Assembly: GCA_900554415.1 (NCBI GenBank)
Contig: USGU01000001.1
Location: forward strand, 214,102 to 278,101
Length of the DNA: 64,000 nucleotides
Reading direction: 5' to 3'
DNA from: an uncultured Lachnospiraceae bacterium
Lineage (GTDB): Bacteria; Bacillota; Clostridia; Lachnospirales; Lachnospiraceae
Part shown: positions 1-10,427 of the stretch, one piece after another
How positions within the stretch are numbered: the first letter of the stretch is position 1
Layout: the number at the start of each line of letters is the position of its first letter
Position numbers and translations under genes: made by a program
Notes under the pieces: model-generated
Told to the model about the DNA's origin: nothing
Databases searched by the model: none
Seen by the model: only the letters and a program-made list of their open reading frames with translations

Positions 1-1296
1 AAATGCGTCTCCAAGAAGTTCTACAAACGTATCTGATTTCATTTCGTCTGCTTCTTTGTATCCACAATTTGTACTGGTTCCTTGATATCCATTACTAACC
101 GGATCATTCTCATTAACACCCTTGGTATCGCTTAAAGCATAAATATTTTCTGCAATTCCTTCATTAAGACCAATTCCCGAATTGCAGTTATCATATGCCG
201 TTCCATTGTTATCAAAAATATCAAGCTTTGCTACATTATAACAATTCCGTGTGGTAGAGTTCTTACTTTGATAACCAATAATACCTCCCACTGCATTTTT
301 GTTATTGTAAACAATATTTCCAACATTATAGCAGTTTTCCAAAACGCTTAAATTTTTACTGATTCCAACAATTCCGCCCGTACCATATATATTAAATCCT
401 GTATATGGATTATCGTCTCCATTCACTACAGTTCCAAAATTTGCACAGCCAGTGATTTCACCTTCACTATATCCAACGACTCCACCTATACCTTCGTTGC
501 ATCCCAGAACATTTCCATAATTTACACAATTCTCGACTTTTGCGTTTTTCGAATACACCGCACCCTGAATTGCACCAGTTTCACCAATACCCCCTGCAAT
601 TCCTCCTACAACAAAAGCTTTAGGTGCAGTAATATTTATATGGGATGTTACATTTAAAATAGAGGCTCCTTTACTTACGCGTCCACAAACACCACCTACA
701 TATCGACCACTACAATCACCAGAATTCATTTCGCCATATAAAGTGAAATTTTTTAACACTCCACCATTATCAATATGACCAAACAAGCCTTCATATGTAT
801 ATAAAAGTCCTTCTGACACTCCTGACCAATCAATTTTCATATTCGAAATCACATGATTTTGTCCGTCAAAGATACCTCTAAAACTGTATACCCATCCTCC
901 AATTGAACTCCACATTTCAATACTGCTCAAATCAATATCTGATGTGAGCTTTATTGTTTTACCATAAAAACTATCTACACCACTGTTCACAATCTGAGAA
1001 AATGCACTCAACTGCTCTGCACTTCCAATTTCATACTCTGTTTTGTTGGAAGAATTATAATACCATTTATACGCTTCCAAAATATCTCCACATTCGCACT
1101 TCCCGACAATATACTCATGTTCATGTGATTGTGTATCTACCGCTTCACTTTCGGTGGTATTCAATACATTTTCTTCATGAATCTCCGTCTTACTTGAGTC
1201 ACCTGCCAATGCCACTGTTCCATTTGCAGTTACTGCACTCACTACAAGCATTACTGAAACTAATGACGATAACATTTTTTTCGTTCTTTTGTTCAT
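1..1296 (-). CDS. Secreted/surface protein with GLUG-type motifs (partial, runs off the window start)
   Basis: Manual translation from ATG at 1296, after a GGAGAG RBS. Signal peptide MNKRTKKMLSSLVSVMLVVSAVTANGTVALA, then YEIGSAEQL, KTIKLTSDIDL, FRGIFDGQNHVISN, GLFG and repeated VGGI(A/V)G motifs. Absent from the ORF track because no stop lies inside the window. Confidence 0.75.
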   Translation of the reverse strand, partial: MNKRTKKMLSSLVSVMLVVSAVTANGTVALAGDSSKTEIHEENVLNTTESEAVDTQSHEHEYIVGKCECGDILEAYKWYYNSSNKTEYEIGSAEQLSAFSQIVNSGVDSFYGKTIKLTSDIDLSSIEMWSSIGGWVYSFRGIFDGQNHVISNMKIDWSGVSEGLLYTYEGLFGHIDNGGVLKNFTLYGEMNSGDCSGRYVGGVCGRVSKGASILNVTSHINITAPKAFVVGGIAGGIGETGAIQGAVYSKNAKVENCVNYGNVLGCNEGIGGVVGYSEGEITGCANFGTVVNGDDNPYTGFNIYGTGGIVGISKNLSVLENCYNVGNIVYNNKNAVGGIIGYQSKNSTTRNCYNVAKLDIFDNNGTAYDNCNSGIGLNEGIAENIYALSDTKGVNENDPVSNGYQGTSTNCGYKEADEMKSDTFVELLGDAF

Positions 1297-1460
1297 AATA
1301 TGCTCTCTCCTCTCTTATAGCATTCCTTGATTATTTATCATAGCATTTACCATTTTTTATTTCATTGACTTTCATCAATTTTCGTTATATTCCTTCATTT
1401 TATTAATCACAAATCTATATTTCATACAAAAAATCTTTTCATCGTATATATAACCGACAA

Positions 1461-1491
1461 AACCCCGGACAGATAATTTCTGTCCAGGGTC
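1461..1491 (-). terminator. Probable intrinsic terminator after the DegV gene
   Basis: Inverted repeat ACCC(C)GGACAGA...TCTGTCC(A)GGGT followed by a T-run on the minus strand. Confidence 0.55.
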
Positions 1492-1529
1492 ATAAAACAC
1501 TCTCATTTTCAATATTGATTATTCTATTT

Positions 1530-2402
1530 TTATTTCACTTTCAGCTTCTTTGTTAGTGTGATGGCTCTTGCCCCAGGTCCGATATGGCAGCTTACACTGA
1601 GAGATAACGGCGCCATGTATACTTCATATTCCGGAAATGCTTCTTCAATTTCTTTCTTCCATTCTTCAGCGTCCTCTCTGCTTCCGGTATATGCTGCATC
1701 TAAATACATATCTTCCGGTCCATTGCAATCTGCAAAATCTGTGCTCATTAATTCACGAATTCTAGAAAGCATGGTCTTTTTTGCAGATTTCCATCCTCTT
1801 GTCTTGGCAAAGGAATCCAGCTTTTCCCCTTTAATCCGGAGAACCGGTTTCAAATTCAGTACGGTTCCGATTGCTGCTGCAGCCGGTGTCAGTCTTCCAC
1901 CTTTTTTCAGATACTTCAGTGTGTCAAGAGTGATATAAATATCCGAATCAAACTTTGTTTTTTCCAGTAAATCCTTGATTTCTTCCGCAGATATTCCATT
2001 TTCAGCAAGTTCCTTTGCTTCCAATACAGAACGTCTTTGCGTTACGGACACTCTCTGGTTATTTACCACCTGTACTTTACCATCATAATCTGCAGAAAGC
2101 ATCATCTCTGTCTCATATGTGCTGCTCAGACCACTCGATAATGGAATATGCACAATTTCATCATATTCTTCCAAAAGCTTATCCCACAATTCTATCACAG
2201 CTCCGGGAGAAGGCTGGGAAGTTTTAATGTCAGCATCCTCAGCAAGCTTCTGATAAAACTGCTCCTGCGTAAGTGTAATATCTTCCAGAAATAATTCATC
2301 ATTTATATAGAACGGTGTAGGGAGAACGTAAACACCTAACTTTTCCCCATCTGCCTGTGTAATTCCACTGTTACTGTCTGTCACAATCGCAATCTTACTC
2401 AT
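1530..2402 (-). CDS. DegV family fatty-acid-binding protein
   Basis: Motifs KIAIVTDS, TSQPS, LSSGLS, LKKGGR, LNLKPVL, HIGPG. ATG at 2402 follows GGAGG. Confidence 0.93.
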   Translation of the reverse strand: MSKIAIVTDSNSGITQADGEKLGVYVLPTPFYINDELFLEDITLTQEQFYQKLAEDADIKTSQPSPGAVIELWDKLLEEYDEIVHIPLSSGLSSTYETEMMLSADYDGKVQVVNNQRVSVTQRRSVLEAKELAENGISAEEIKDLLEKTKFDSDIYITLDTLKYLKKGGRLTPAAAAIGTVLNLKPVLRIKGEKLDSFAKTRGWKSAKKTMLSRIRELMSTDFADCNGPEDMYLDAAYTGSREDAEEWKKEIEEAFPEYEVYMAPLSLSVSCHIGPGARAITLTKKLKVK

Positions 2403-2459
2403 TGCTTTTGTACCTCCTGTCTTCTCACTCAATTTGCTTCGTGCTTCGCACCGGCTGCA

Positions 2460-3257
2460 TTATATACACACAATCTCGGACATACATTCCCTCTTTGCCA
2501 CAGCAATCGGAATCTCATCGCCCTTATATGGATTATTGCCTAAAGTAATCTCCAATTTCACTGTTTCATAGGCCAACTGCTCATAATTATTTTCCTTGCT
2601 CAAATGTCCAAGAAACACTCTTTTCATATTATCATGGAGTATATCACAAAGAAGTCTGCCTGACAATTCATTCGATAAATGTCCTTTATCCCCAAGCACT
2701 CTTCGTTTGAGTGGATAAGGATAAGGGCCAACTTCCAGCATATGTACATCATGGTTGGACTCCAGTACCATTGCATTCACATTTTTCAGATGGTTCACTG
2801 TATACTCATCGTATTTTCCAAGGTCTGTCGCAACCGCCACGCGTTTATTCTCATTCTGCAGCGTATAACCGGTCGGTTCTTTTGCATCATGGGAAATGGT
2901 AAATGGCTGTATTTGGATGTCTCCCAGTGTAAATTCTTCATCTGCCGAAATCTCATGAAACAGTCCCTCCGGCATTTTCCCAAGGCTCTTACATTCTGTA
3001 ATTCCCTGTAAGGTGCCTTTGGTAGCGTAAATAGGGATTTCATATTTCCGGCTGAATACCCCAAGGCCCTGTATGTGGTCGATATGCTCATGGGTAATCA
3101 GAATTCCCGACAGCTCTTCCCCTTTTATTTCCAGTTCGCTAAGACCTGCTTCTATTCTTTTCTTGCTGATTCCTGTATCTACCAGCAGGTGCGTCTTATC
3201 ACTCCCTACATAAATACAGTTACCACTACTGCCGCTTGCTATGCTGCATAATCTCAT
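2460..3257 (-). CDS. MBL-fold metallo-hydrolase, YycJ/WalJ-like
   Basis: SIASGSSGN, THEHxDH, SHDA, TDLG, ESNHD, GHLSN, HLS.ENN motifs. Confidence 0.9.
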   Translation of the reverse strand: MRLCSIASGSSGNCIYVGSDKTHLLVDTGISKKRIEAGLSELEIKGEELSGILITHEHIDHIQGLGVFSRKYEIPIYATKGTLQGITECKSLGKMPEGLFHEISADEEFTLGDIQIQPFTISHDAKEPTGYTLQNENKRVAVATDLGKYDEYTVNHLKNVNAMVLESNHDVHMLEVGPYPYPLKRRVLGDKGHLSNELSGRLLCDILHDNMKRVFLGHLSKENNYEQLAYETVKLEITLGNNPYKGDEIPIAVAKRECMSEIVCI

Positions 3258-3867
3258 TCTTTGTCTGCTCCTGCTTTTTCATCACTTTTTCTATCTGTAT
3301 CACGGTATCTGCAAATGCACCACTGTTGTCAATCACAATATCACATTTGCGCCGGAATTCTTCTTCGGATGCCTGTGCCTGCATAATGCCGGTAATCTTT
3401 TCTTCCGAATAGCATCGTGTCTGACGCAAGCGTTCCCGTCTTACCGATTCTGTTGCATAGATATACCAGATTTCATCCAGTATGGTACGATAATAATCAT
3501 CTGTCAACAGAGCTGCCTCCAGCACAAACAGCTTTGTGCCTTTCTGCTCTTCCTCTGACATAAGTGTTTCAATTCTCTGGTTGACCGCCGGATGTACCAT
3601 TGCATTTAAAAGCAGCCGTTCTGCTTCATTGCCGAAAATCAGACTGCCCAGCCGGTTTCTGTCAATAAATCCATCTTCTTTCAGAATCTGTTCTCCAAAA
3701 TGCTTTATTATTTTATCATAACACACTTGTCCTGGCAATTGCAATTCATGTGCGATTAAATCTGCCTGATATACCGAAGTTTCCGGCAGCTTCGCCATAT
3801 ATTCAAGAACGGTACTTTTTCCCGCTCCTATTCCGCCTGTAATTCCAATTTTTACCATTCGAAACAT
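3226..3867 (-). CDS. coaE: Dephospho-CoA kinase
   Basis: IGITGGIGAGKSTV P-loop, ADLIAH, IDRNRLG, HP motif, IDNSG. Sits downstream of polA. Confidence 0.93.
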   Translation of the reverse strand: MFRMVKIGITGGIGAGKSTVLEYMAKLPETSVYQADLIAHELQLPGQVCYDKIIKHFGEQILKEDGFIDRNRLGSLIFGNEAERLLLNAMVHPAVNQRIETLMSEEEQKGTKLFVLEAALLTDDYYRTILDEIWYIYATESVRRERLRQTRCYSEEKITGIMQAQASEEEFRRKCDIVIDNSGAFADTVIQIEKVMKKQEQTKNEIMQHSKRQ

Positions 3868-3878
3868 CCGTTCCTTTT

Positions 3879-6491
3879 CTACTTTGCCTCGTACCAGTTA
3901 CTTCCAACATGCATATCAATGACAAGCGGAACTGCAAGTTCTGCCGCCTCTTCCATGCCTTTTTTCAAAATTTCTTTGACTTTATCAATCTCATCTTCTT
4001 TTGTCTCAATCAGAAGTTCATCATGGACCTGAAGAACAAGCCGTGATTCCATATGATTCTTTCTCAATTCTCTGTCCACTGCTATCATGGCTATCTTCAT
4101 AATATCTGCCGCAGTTCCCTGAATCGGTGAGTTCATGGCAATACGCTCTCCAAACTGACGCTGCATGAAATTACTGGAGGAAAGCTCAGGGATTGGTCTG
4201 CGTCTTCCGTAAAGAGTGGTCACATAGCCATTTTCTTTGGCATGTGCCACTGCGTCATCCAGAAACCGTTTAATTCCTGGATAGGTTTCAAAATATCGCT
4301 CTATATACTGCTGTGCTTCTTTTCTTGTAATACTCAAATCCTGACTCAGTCCAAAAGAACTGATTCCATAAACAATTCCAAAGTTTACCGCCTTGGCATT
4401 TCTTCTCTGCAAATCGGTCACTTCATCAAACGGAGTATGGAATACCTGTGAAGCGGTAATTCTGTGAATATCTCTTGCTTCTTTGTATGCCTGAATCAGT
4501 TCTGCATCTCCCGAACAATGTGCCAGTATCCGAAGTTCAATCTGGGAATAATCTGCATCCACAAACACAAATCCATCCTCCGGGATGAAAACCTTACGAA
4601 TCAATCTTCCTAATTCCATTCTTGCCGGAATGTTCTGTAAGTTTGGCTCTGTGCTGCTAATCCGGCCTGTTGCCGTAATGGTCTGGTTGAATTTACCATG
4701 GATTCGTCCATCCTCTTCCCGGATAAATACAGCCAGTCCATCTGCATAGGTAGACTTTAATTTGCTGAGCTGACGATATTCCAATATCTTAGAAACAACC
4801 GGATAATCCGGTGCCAGTTTATCTAACACATCTGCTGCAGTCGAATATCCCGTCTTTGTCTTTTTCCCATTCGGCAGTCCCAGATGTTCAAACAACACTA
4901 CACCAAGCTGTTTTGGCGAATTGATATTAAATTCTTCTCCTGCCAGTTCATATATTTCCTTCTCCAAACGGACAATCTGCTCTCCCAGATGGCTTCCATA
5001 TTCTTTCAAAGCTTCTGCTTCTACTTTTACCCCTGCCTGTTCCATACGGTATAAGGTGTAAACCAGCGGCATTTCCACTTCCTGAAAAAGCTTCCACATC
5101 TGCTCTTCTTCTAATTTTTTCTGCAGTATTTCCGAAGCCGCATAAGCTGTGTAAGCTTCGTAGCATGCCTTTGTTTCTACGCTTGCCTTCTCATCAATCA
5201 GCAGATTCAGATATTCCTGTGCTACATCGGTATAGGTATAGTCACTCTTTAACGGATTCAGCAGATATGCCGCTACGGTTGCGTCAAATCCTGTTTCTTC
5301 TTTTTCTATTTTCACATGAGACATATGCTCTTTCAAATCAAACACAACATAGGATTCTACCTGTTTTGCTGTCTCTTCTAGTTCTTTCAGAATCCAGTCT
5401 ATCTCTATTTCTTCTGTTGCAGAAATGCAGTATATTTTTTCATCGCCAAATGCAACTGCTGCTCCATCCATTCCTGCCATCTGGACAAATAATGGCAGAA
5501 CATTGGTTGTGTCCTTATACAGAGAGACGCCAACTTTGGATGCCTTCTTTGCCTGTTCGAAAATGTGCGCAGCCTCTGCCCGCTTCTTTACAATCTGAAA
5601 AGAGTCTTCCAATGCATTTTCCGTCTTGACATCAAATCTGGTAAGCAGGTTTTTAAACTGTAATCTTTGGAAATATACATAAGCCTCTTCTGTATACAGA
5701 TTTCCCATCTTGGCTTCTTCCAGAGAATAGTCAAAATCTGCATCTACGTTGATGGTCGCAAGAGCTTTACTCATCTTCGCCTGTTCCCAGTATTCTTTCA
5801 GATTCTTAGCTGCTCTTGGCGGTGTTACTTCGTCAATGTGAGCATAGGCATTTTCAATAGTCTTGTATTCTACAATAATCTTCGTCGCCGTCTTTTCTCC
5901 AATGCTTGGCACACCCGGAATATTGTCTGATGTATCACCCATTAAAGCTTTCACATCGATAAATTCAGTTGGTGTTACCTGATATTTTTCTTTCACATCT
6001 GTGGCATAATAATTTTCAATTTCTGTTCCGGTTCTCTTGGTCTTTGGAATACGTATTTCCACATGTTCCGTTGCAAGCTGAAGCAAATCCCGGTCACCGG
6101 ATATAATGACAACTTCCATCTTGGCATCTTCACAGCGTTTTGACAAAGTACCAAGAATATCATCTGCTTCCAGACCTGCTTTTTCTATGATTTTGACACC
6201 CATGGCAGTTAATACCTCTTTCATAAGCGGCACCTGCTGTCTTAATTCTTCTGCCATCGGTTTTCTTGTTCCTTTATATTCGGCATACATCTCATGCCGG
6301 AAAGTAGGTGCATGTACGTCAAATGCAACTGTCAGATATTCTGGTTTTTCTTCTTCCAGTATTTTAAACATAATATTCAGGAAACCATACACTGCATTTG
6401 TGTGGACTCCTTCTGCGTTTGTCAAATCCGGAAGTCCAAAAAAAGCTCTGTTTAAAATACTGTGTCCATCTATCAATACAATTTTACTCAT
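3879..6491 (-). CDS. polA: DNA polymerase I
   Basis: LIDGHS 5'-3' exonuclease start, GDTSDNIPGV, TATGRISSTEPNLQNIP, ADYSQIELR, KAVNFGIVYG, QVHDEL. The real start is MSKIVL at 6491. Confidence 0.97.
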   Translation of the reverse strand: MSKIVLIDGHSILNRAFFGLPDLTNAEGVHTNAVYGFLNIMFKILEEEKPEYLTVAFDVHAPTFRHEMYAEYKGTRKPMAEELRQQVPLMKEVLTAMGVKIIEKAGLEADDILGTLSKRCEDAKMEVVIISGDRDLLQLATEHVEIRIPKTKRTGTEIENYYATDVKEKYQVTPTEFIDVKALMGDTSDNIPGVPSIGEKTATKIIVEYKTIENAYAHIDEVTPPRAAKNLKEYWEQAKMSKALATINVDADFDYSLEEAKMGNLYTEEAYVYFQRLQFKNLLTRFDVKTENALEDSFQIVKKRAEAAHIFEQAKKASKVGVSLYKDTTNVLPLFVQMAGMDGAAVAFGDEKIYCISATEEIEIDWILKELEETAKQVESYVVFDLKEHMSHVKIEKEETGFDATVAAYLLNPLKSDYTYTDVAQEYLNLLIDEKASVETKACYEAYTAYAASEILQKKLEEEQMWKLFQEVEMPLVYTLYRMEQAGVKVEAEALKEYGSHLGEQIVRLEKEIYELAGEEFNINSPKQLGVVLFEHLGLPNGKKTKTGYSTAADVLDKLAPDYPVVSKILEYRQLSKLKSTYADGLAVFIREEDGRIHGKFNQTITATGRISSTEPNLQNIPARMELGRLIRKVFIPEDGFVFVDADYSQIELRILAHCSGDAELIQAYKEARDIHRITASQVFHTPFDEVTDLQRRNAKAVNFGIVYGISSFGLSQDLSITRKEAQQYIERYFETYPGIKRFLDDAVAHAKENGYVTTLYGRRRPIPELSSSNFMQRQFGERIAMNSPIQGTAADIMKIAMIAVDRELRKNHMESRLVLQVHDELLIETKEDEIDKVKEILKKGMEEAAELAVPLVIDMHVGSNWYEAK

Positions 6492-6525
6492 TTTGTAATG
6501 CACCTTTCTATTTATTCTGATAAAG

Positions 6526-6558
6526 AAAAAACTCCTTGAACATGCGTCAAGGAGTTTC
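6526..6558 (-). terminator. Terminator-like hairpin after the tRNA
   Basis: AAACTCCTTGA...TCAAGGAGTTT inverted repeat with a T-tract, immediately 3' of tRNA-Leu. Confidence 0.6.
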
Positions 6559-6560
6559 CA

Positions 6561-6643
6561 TGCCGGCGGCGGGACTTGAACCCGCACGTGGTCACCCACA
6601 ACAGATTTTGAGTCTGCCTCGTCTGCCATTCCGACACACCGGC
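6561..6643 (-). tRNA. tRNA-Leu (CAA)
   Basis: Reverse complement is GCCGGTGTGTCGGAATGGCAGACGAGGCAGACT-CAA-AATCTGT...GCGGGTTCAAGTCCCGCCGCCGGCA. It has an acceptor stem, long variable arm and TTCAA T-loop. CCA is not encoded. Confidence 0.95.
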
Positions 6644-6749
6644 GTTCTTACGAACCGATATTTATACTACCATATTTTCCAAAGGTTCGCAAGATAATTT
6701 TACATAAATTTGCAAATTTATTTTGTAAACATAAGTTACAAATCCCTTT

Positions 6750-8060
6750 TTATCTGCCTGCCTTGATAAATTTTGCCGCATCATTCATATTCTTTTCCAG
6801 TTCCGGATAAATATCCAAGCCATCAAATGTAGCAAAATAATCTTTCGGTGTCTCAGCCCGACGGATTAGTTCTGCACTTCCATCTTCTTTCAGCAAAATC
6901 TCCGCCGAACGCAGACGGCCATTGTAATTATATCCCATAGAATAGCCATGTGCTCCTGCATCATGGATGAAAAGTAAATCGCCCATATCTATCTTCGGCA
7001 GCTTCCGGTCAATGGCAAATTTGTCACTGTTCTCGCAAAGGGAACCTACTACATCATAAGTCTGTGTACATGGTTCATCTTCTTTTCCCATGACAGTAAT
7101 ATGATGATATGCTCCATAAATCGCAGGTCTCATCAGATTGGCTGCGCAGGCATCTACACCAATATACTCTTTGTGGGTATGTTTTTCATGCACTGCTCTT
7201 GTTACCAGTCCACCGTAAGGTCCTAACATGAATCTTCCAAGTTCTGTATAGATTGCTACATCGCCCATGCCTGCCGGAACCAGCACTTCTTCATAAACCT
7301 TGCGTACACCTTCTCCAATGACTTTGATATCGTTTGGCTCCTGGTCTGGACGATATGGAATTCCGATTCCGCCAGACAGGTTAATGAATTTAATATGCGC
7401 CCCTGTTTCCTGATGCAATTTTACCGCAACTTCAAAAAGAACCTTCGCCAGTGTCGGATAATAATCATTTGTTACTGTATTACTTGCAAGGAACGCATGG
7501 ATACCAAACTCTTTTGCACCTTTCGCTTTCAGAATCTTGAAAGCCTCAAAAATCTGCTCCGTTGTCATTCCATATTTGGCGTCTCCAGGATTATCCATAA
7601 TGCTGTTGGAAATCTTAAAAAGACCACCTGGATTGTAACGGCAGCTTATAGTCTCTGGAATTTTTCCGATTGTCTTTTCCAGAAAATCAATGTGAGTAAT
7701 ATCATCCAGATTGATAATTGCACCTAACTTATCTGCAAGCAGATATTCTTCTGCCGGTGTCTCATTGGAAGAAAACATAATGTCATCTCCTACAGAGCCA
7801 ATGGTCTGGGACAGAAGTAATTCTGTGTAAGATGAGCAGTCACATCCACATCCGTATTCCTTTAAAAGCTTAAGAATTGCCGGCGTTGGCGTTGCTTTTA
7901 CTGCAAAATACTCTTTATAACCCTTGTTCCATGAAAATGCTTCTTTTAATGCTTTTGCATTTTCACGAATTCCTTTTTCATCATACAGATGAAATGGAGT
8001 CGGATAGGTCTGTGCAATCTCCTCTAATTTGTCTTTTGTAATAAATGGTCGTTTTTCCAT
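6750..8060 (-). CDS. lysA: Diaminopimelate decarboxylase
   Basis: YFAVKA PLP lysine, AKYG, NLSGGIG, ELGRF, RPAIYGAYH, GSLCENSD, MGYNYN. Confidence 0.93.
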   Translation of the reverse strand: MEKRPFITKDKLEEIAQTYPTPFHLYDEKGIRENAKALKEAFSWNKGYKEYFAVKATPTPAILKLLKEYGCGCDCSSYTELLLSQTIGSVGDDIMFSSNETPAEEYLLADKLGAIINLDDITHIDFLEKTIGKIPETISCRYNPGGLFKISNSIMDNPGDAKYGMTTEQIFEAFKILKAKGAKEFGIHAFLASNTVTNDYYPTLAKVLFEVAVKLHQETGAHIKFINLSGGIGIPYRPDQEPNDIKVIGEGVRKVYEEVLVPAGMGDVAIYTELGRFMLGPYGGLVTRAVHEKHTHKEYIGVDACAANLMRPAIYGAYHHITVMGKEDEPCTQTYDVVGSLCENSDKFAIDRKLPKIDMGDLLFIHDAGAHGYSMGYNYNGRLRSAEILLKEDGSAELIRRAETPKDYFATFDGLDIYPELEKNMNDAAKFIKAGR

Positions 8061-8079
8061 GTCTTCTTCCCCTCGTACT

Positions 8080-9525
8080 CTATTCTATAACCGCAATCCG
8101 CATCATATTGCTAAGTCCATCCTTCGTTGTCTTGTGTACATTCGGTGAAGGAATTCCGGCCGTCAGCACTACAACATCTCCGCTTTCTATAATTCTTTTT
8201 GCATTCAGTAAGTCTACTGCACCGGAGCAAATATCCTCTGTGGTCTGGAATACCAGAGACTTCATCGGATGTACGCCCCAGAACATCTGCATTCTGCGAA
8301 GGGATTCTTCATTTGGTGACACACCGTAAATTGGAGTTTTCGGTCGGAATTTCGACACCACTCTGGCGGTTGCACCACTTACTGTTGGAGTGATAATGCA
8401 CTTTGCTCCCAGCGTATCAGCCGCAGTCACGGTGGAATAACCGATTGCGCTGGAAATTCCATGCTTCCATTTCGTCAGATTCTTCTCCATGATTGCCGAA
8501 TAATCCAGATGTTCCTCTGCGTTTTCTACGATTTGAACCATCATTTTCAGCGCCTCTACCGGATATTTACCCTGTGCAGTCTCGCCCGAGAGCATAACTG
8601 CGTCTGTACCGTCATAAACCGCATTTGCCACATCCGTCACTTCTGCCCTGGTCGGACGTGGATTCCGAATCATGGAATCCAGCATCTGAGTAGCAGTAAT
8701 TACCGGTTTATAATTATCGTTGCATTTCTGTATGAGCATCTTCTGCAGATAAGGAACCTCCTCTGCCGGAATTTCTACTCCAAGGTCACCCCTTGCAACC
8801 ATAATGCCATCGGCACAACGGATAATTTCATCAATATTCTGAATTCCCTGTTCATTTTCGATTTTTGCAATAATCGGAATATAAGGTGCTTTTAAAGATT
8901 TCAATAATGCTTTGATTTCCAGAATACATTCTGCACTTCGCACAAAAGAAGCCGCGATAAAATCAATACCCTGTGATACGCCAAAAGCAATGTCTTCTTT
9001 GTCCTTTTCTGTAATTGCAGGAAGTCTCACCGGAACCTTCGGCACATTGATTCCTTTCCGCTGCCCCAGTTCGCCTCCATTGAGTACCTTGCAGATAATC
9101 TCATGACCTTTGCGTCCCTGTACCTCAAGGTCAATCAGCCCGTCATCAATTAAAATATGTTTTCCTGCAGAAATATCATCTGCCAGTCCTGCATAAGAAA
9201 TCGAAACCTTCTTCTCGTCACCGATGATTTCATCTGTAGTGAGGATAAATGTTTCTCCTTCTTTCAGCTCCACATTCTTTCCATCCTTCAAAAGTCCGGT
9301 TCTTATCTCCGGTCCTTTGGTATCAAGAAGGATTGCTACAGGTACCTGTTCTTCTTCCCGAAGCTGCTTTAACATATCCATTCTCTGTTTCTGCTCTTCA
9401 TAATCCCCGTGAGAAAAATTAAATCTGGCAACATCCATTCCATTCTGAATTAACTTTCTCATCAATTCGCGGTCATTGGAGTTTGGTCCCATTGTGCATA
9501 TAACTTTTGTCTTCTTCATTTCCAT
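8080..9525 (-). CDS. pyk: Pyruvate kinase
   Basis: KTKVICTMGP, ARFNFSHG, DTKGPEIR, IIAKIEN, MVARGDLGVE, ATQMLDSM, MLSGETA. Confidence 0.97.
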   Translation of the reverse strand: MEMKKTKVICTMGPNSNDRELMRKLIQNGMDVARFNFSHGDYEEQKQRMDMLKQLREEEQVPVAILLDTKGPEIRTGLLKDGKNVELKEGETFILTTDEIIGDEKKVSISYAGLADDISAGKHILIDDGLIDLEVQGRKGHEIICKVLNGGELGQRKGINVPKVPVRLPAITEKDKEDIAFGVSQGIDFIAASFVRSAECILEIKALLKSLKAPYIPIIAKIENEQGIQNIDEIIRCADGIMVARGDLGVEIPAEEVPYLQKMLIQKCNDNYKPVITATQMLDSMIRNPRPTRAEVTDVANAVYDGTDAVMLSGETAQGKYPVEALKMMVQIVENAEEHLDYSAIMEKNLTKWKHGISSAIGYSTVTAADTLGAKCIITPTVSGATARVVSKFRPKTPIYGVSPNEESLRRMQMFWGVHPMKSLVFQTTEDICSGAVDLLNAKRIIESGDVVVLTAGIPSPNVHKTTKDGLSNMMRIAVIE

Positions 9526-9581
9526 GCCTCCATATTGAGCATATTTACTTCTACATTACATAGCATTTTTCTTTTTACATT

Positions 9582-10427
9582 TTATTTTACATGCTCATGT
9601 GTAAATAAATGGTCACTGCAATATTCGTAATTGCCCTTACACTTCGAGCAATAACGAAACTCCAGATTCGGGTCGTCCAGTTCTGTTCTTCCGCAGACAG
9701 CACATTTGTGTCTTGCGCCATTTCCATAATTCTGTACCGGTCTCTGCACTTGTTTTTGGAAATTCTTCCGGCGCATAACCTGTTTCGGATTATAGCGCTG
9801 CATATTCCGGTTTGCAAAAAAGAAAATCAAAAAGTTCAGCAGAGATGCAACAATAATAATTCTTGTCACCATACTGCCCTGAATCAAATCCATTCCTACC
9901 AGAACCACATCCAGAATAGCAAACCACTTCATCTTAACTGGAATCAATCCCAAGAACAGTACTTCCATATCCGGCATCATTGACGCACATGCAAGGAAAA
10001 TAGACAAATTGATGTAATATGTGCTGACCACATTTTCAAATCCACCCAATACCACCTGATACTTTGCATATACAATTCCATACGCAATAAATGCACCAAT
10101 AATCGTAAACAACATTCCGGAAAGCATATAAAAATTATACCGGAAAGCTCCCCAAATCTGCTCCAATACCCGTCCCAGAGAATAATAGCAGAGCATCATA
10201 AATACCACATAGATAAATCTGTTGGTAGGCGGAATAATCACCCAGCTAATCAGCCTCCATACCTGCCCCTGCAATATCAGTGCCGGCTCCAGTGTAAAAT
10301 ATGTCAGCAGACTCGGCATCACCATACTGATGATATAGCCGATTCCATAGCAAGCCAACAGATAAATCGTAAGATTTTTTATAGCATATTTTCCAAACTT
10401 CCGTTCCATTTTATTCAACCAATTCAT
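9582..10427 (-). CDS. Rhomboid-like multi-pass membrane protein with a C-terminal Cys/His zinc-finger
   Basis: GQVWRLISW motif, several hydrophobic segments, and C-terminal CAVC...CSKC...YCSDH..HEH. Confidence 0.7.
   Translation of the reverse strand: MNWLNKMERKFGKYAIKNLTIYLLACYGIGYIISMVMPSLLTYFTLEPALILQGQVWRLISWVIIPPTNRFIYVVFMMLCYYSLGRVLEQIWGAFRYNFYMLSGMLFTIIGAFIAYGIVYAKYQVVLGGFENVVSTYYINLSIFLACASMMPDMEVLFLGLIPVKMKWFAILDVVLVGMDLIQGSMVTRIIIVASLLNFLIFFFANRNMQRYNPKQVMRRKNFQKQVQRPVQNYGNGARHKCAVCGRTELDDPNLEFRYCSKCKGNYEYCSDHLFTHEHVK

Noticed and set aside
6492..6629. 46-aa N-terminal extension of PolA in the ORF track
   Set aside because: It overlaps tRNA-Leu and its terminator. The conserved start is MSKIVLIDG at 6491.
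6561..6643. tRNA-Leu as an integration site
   Set aside because: It is flanked by core genes, and I saw no duplicated 3' end or integrase in the window.
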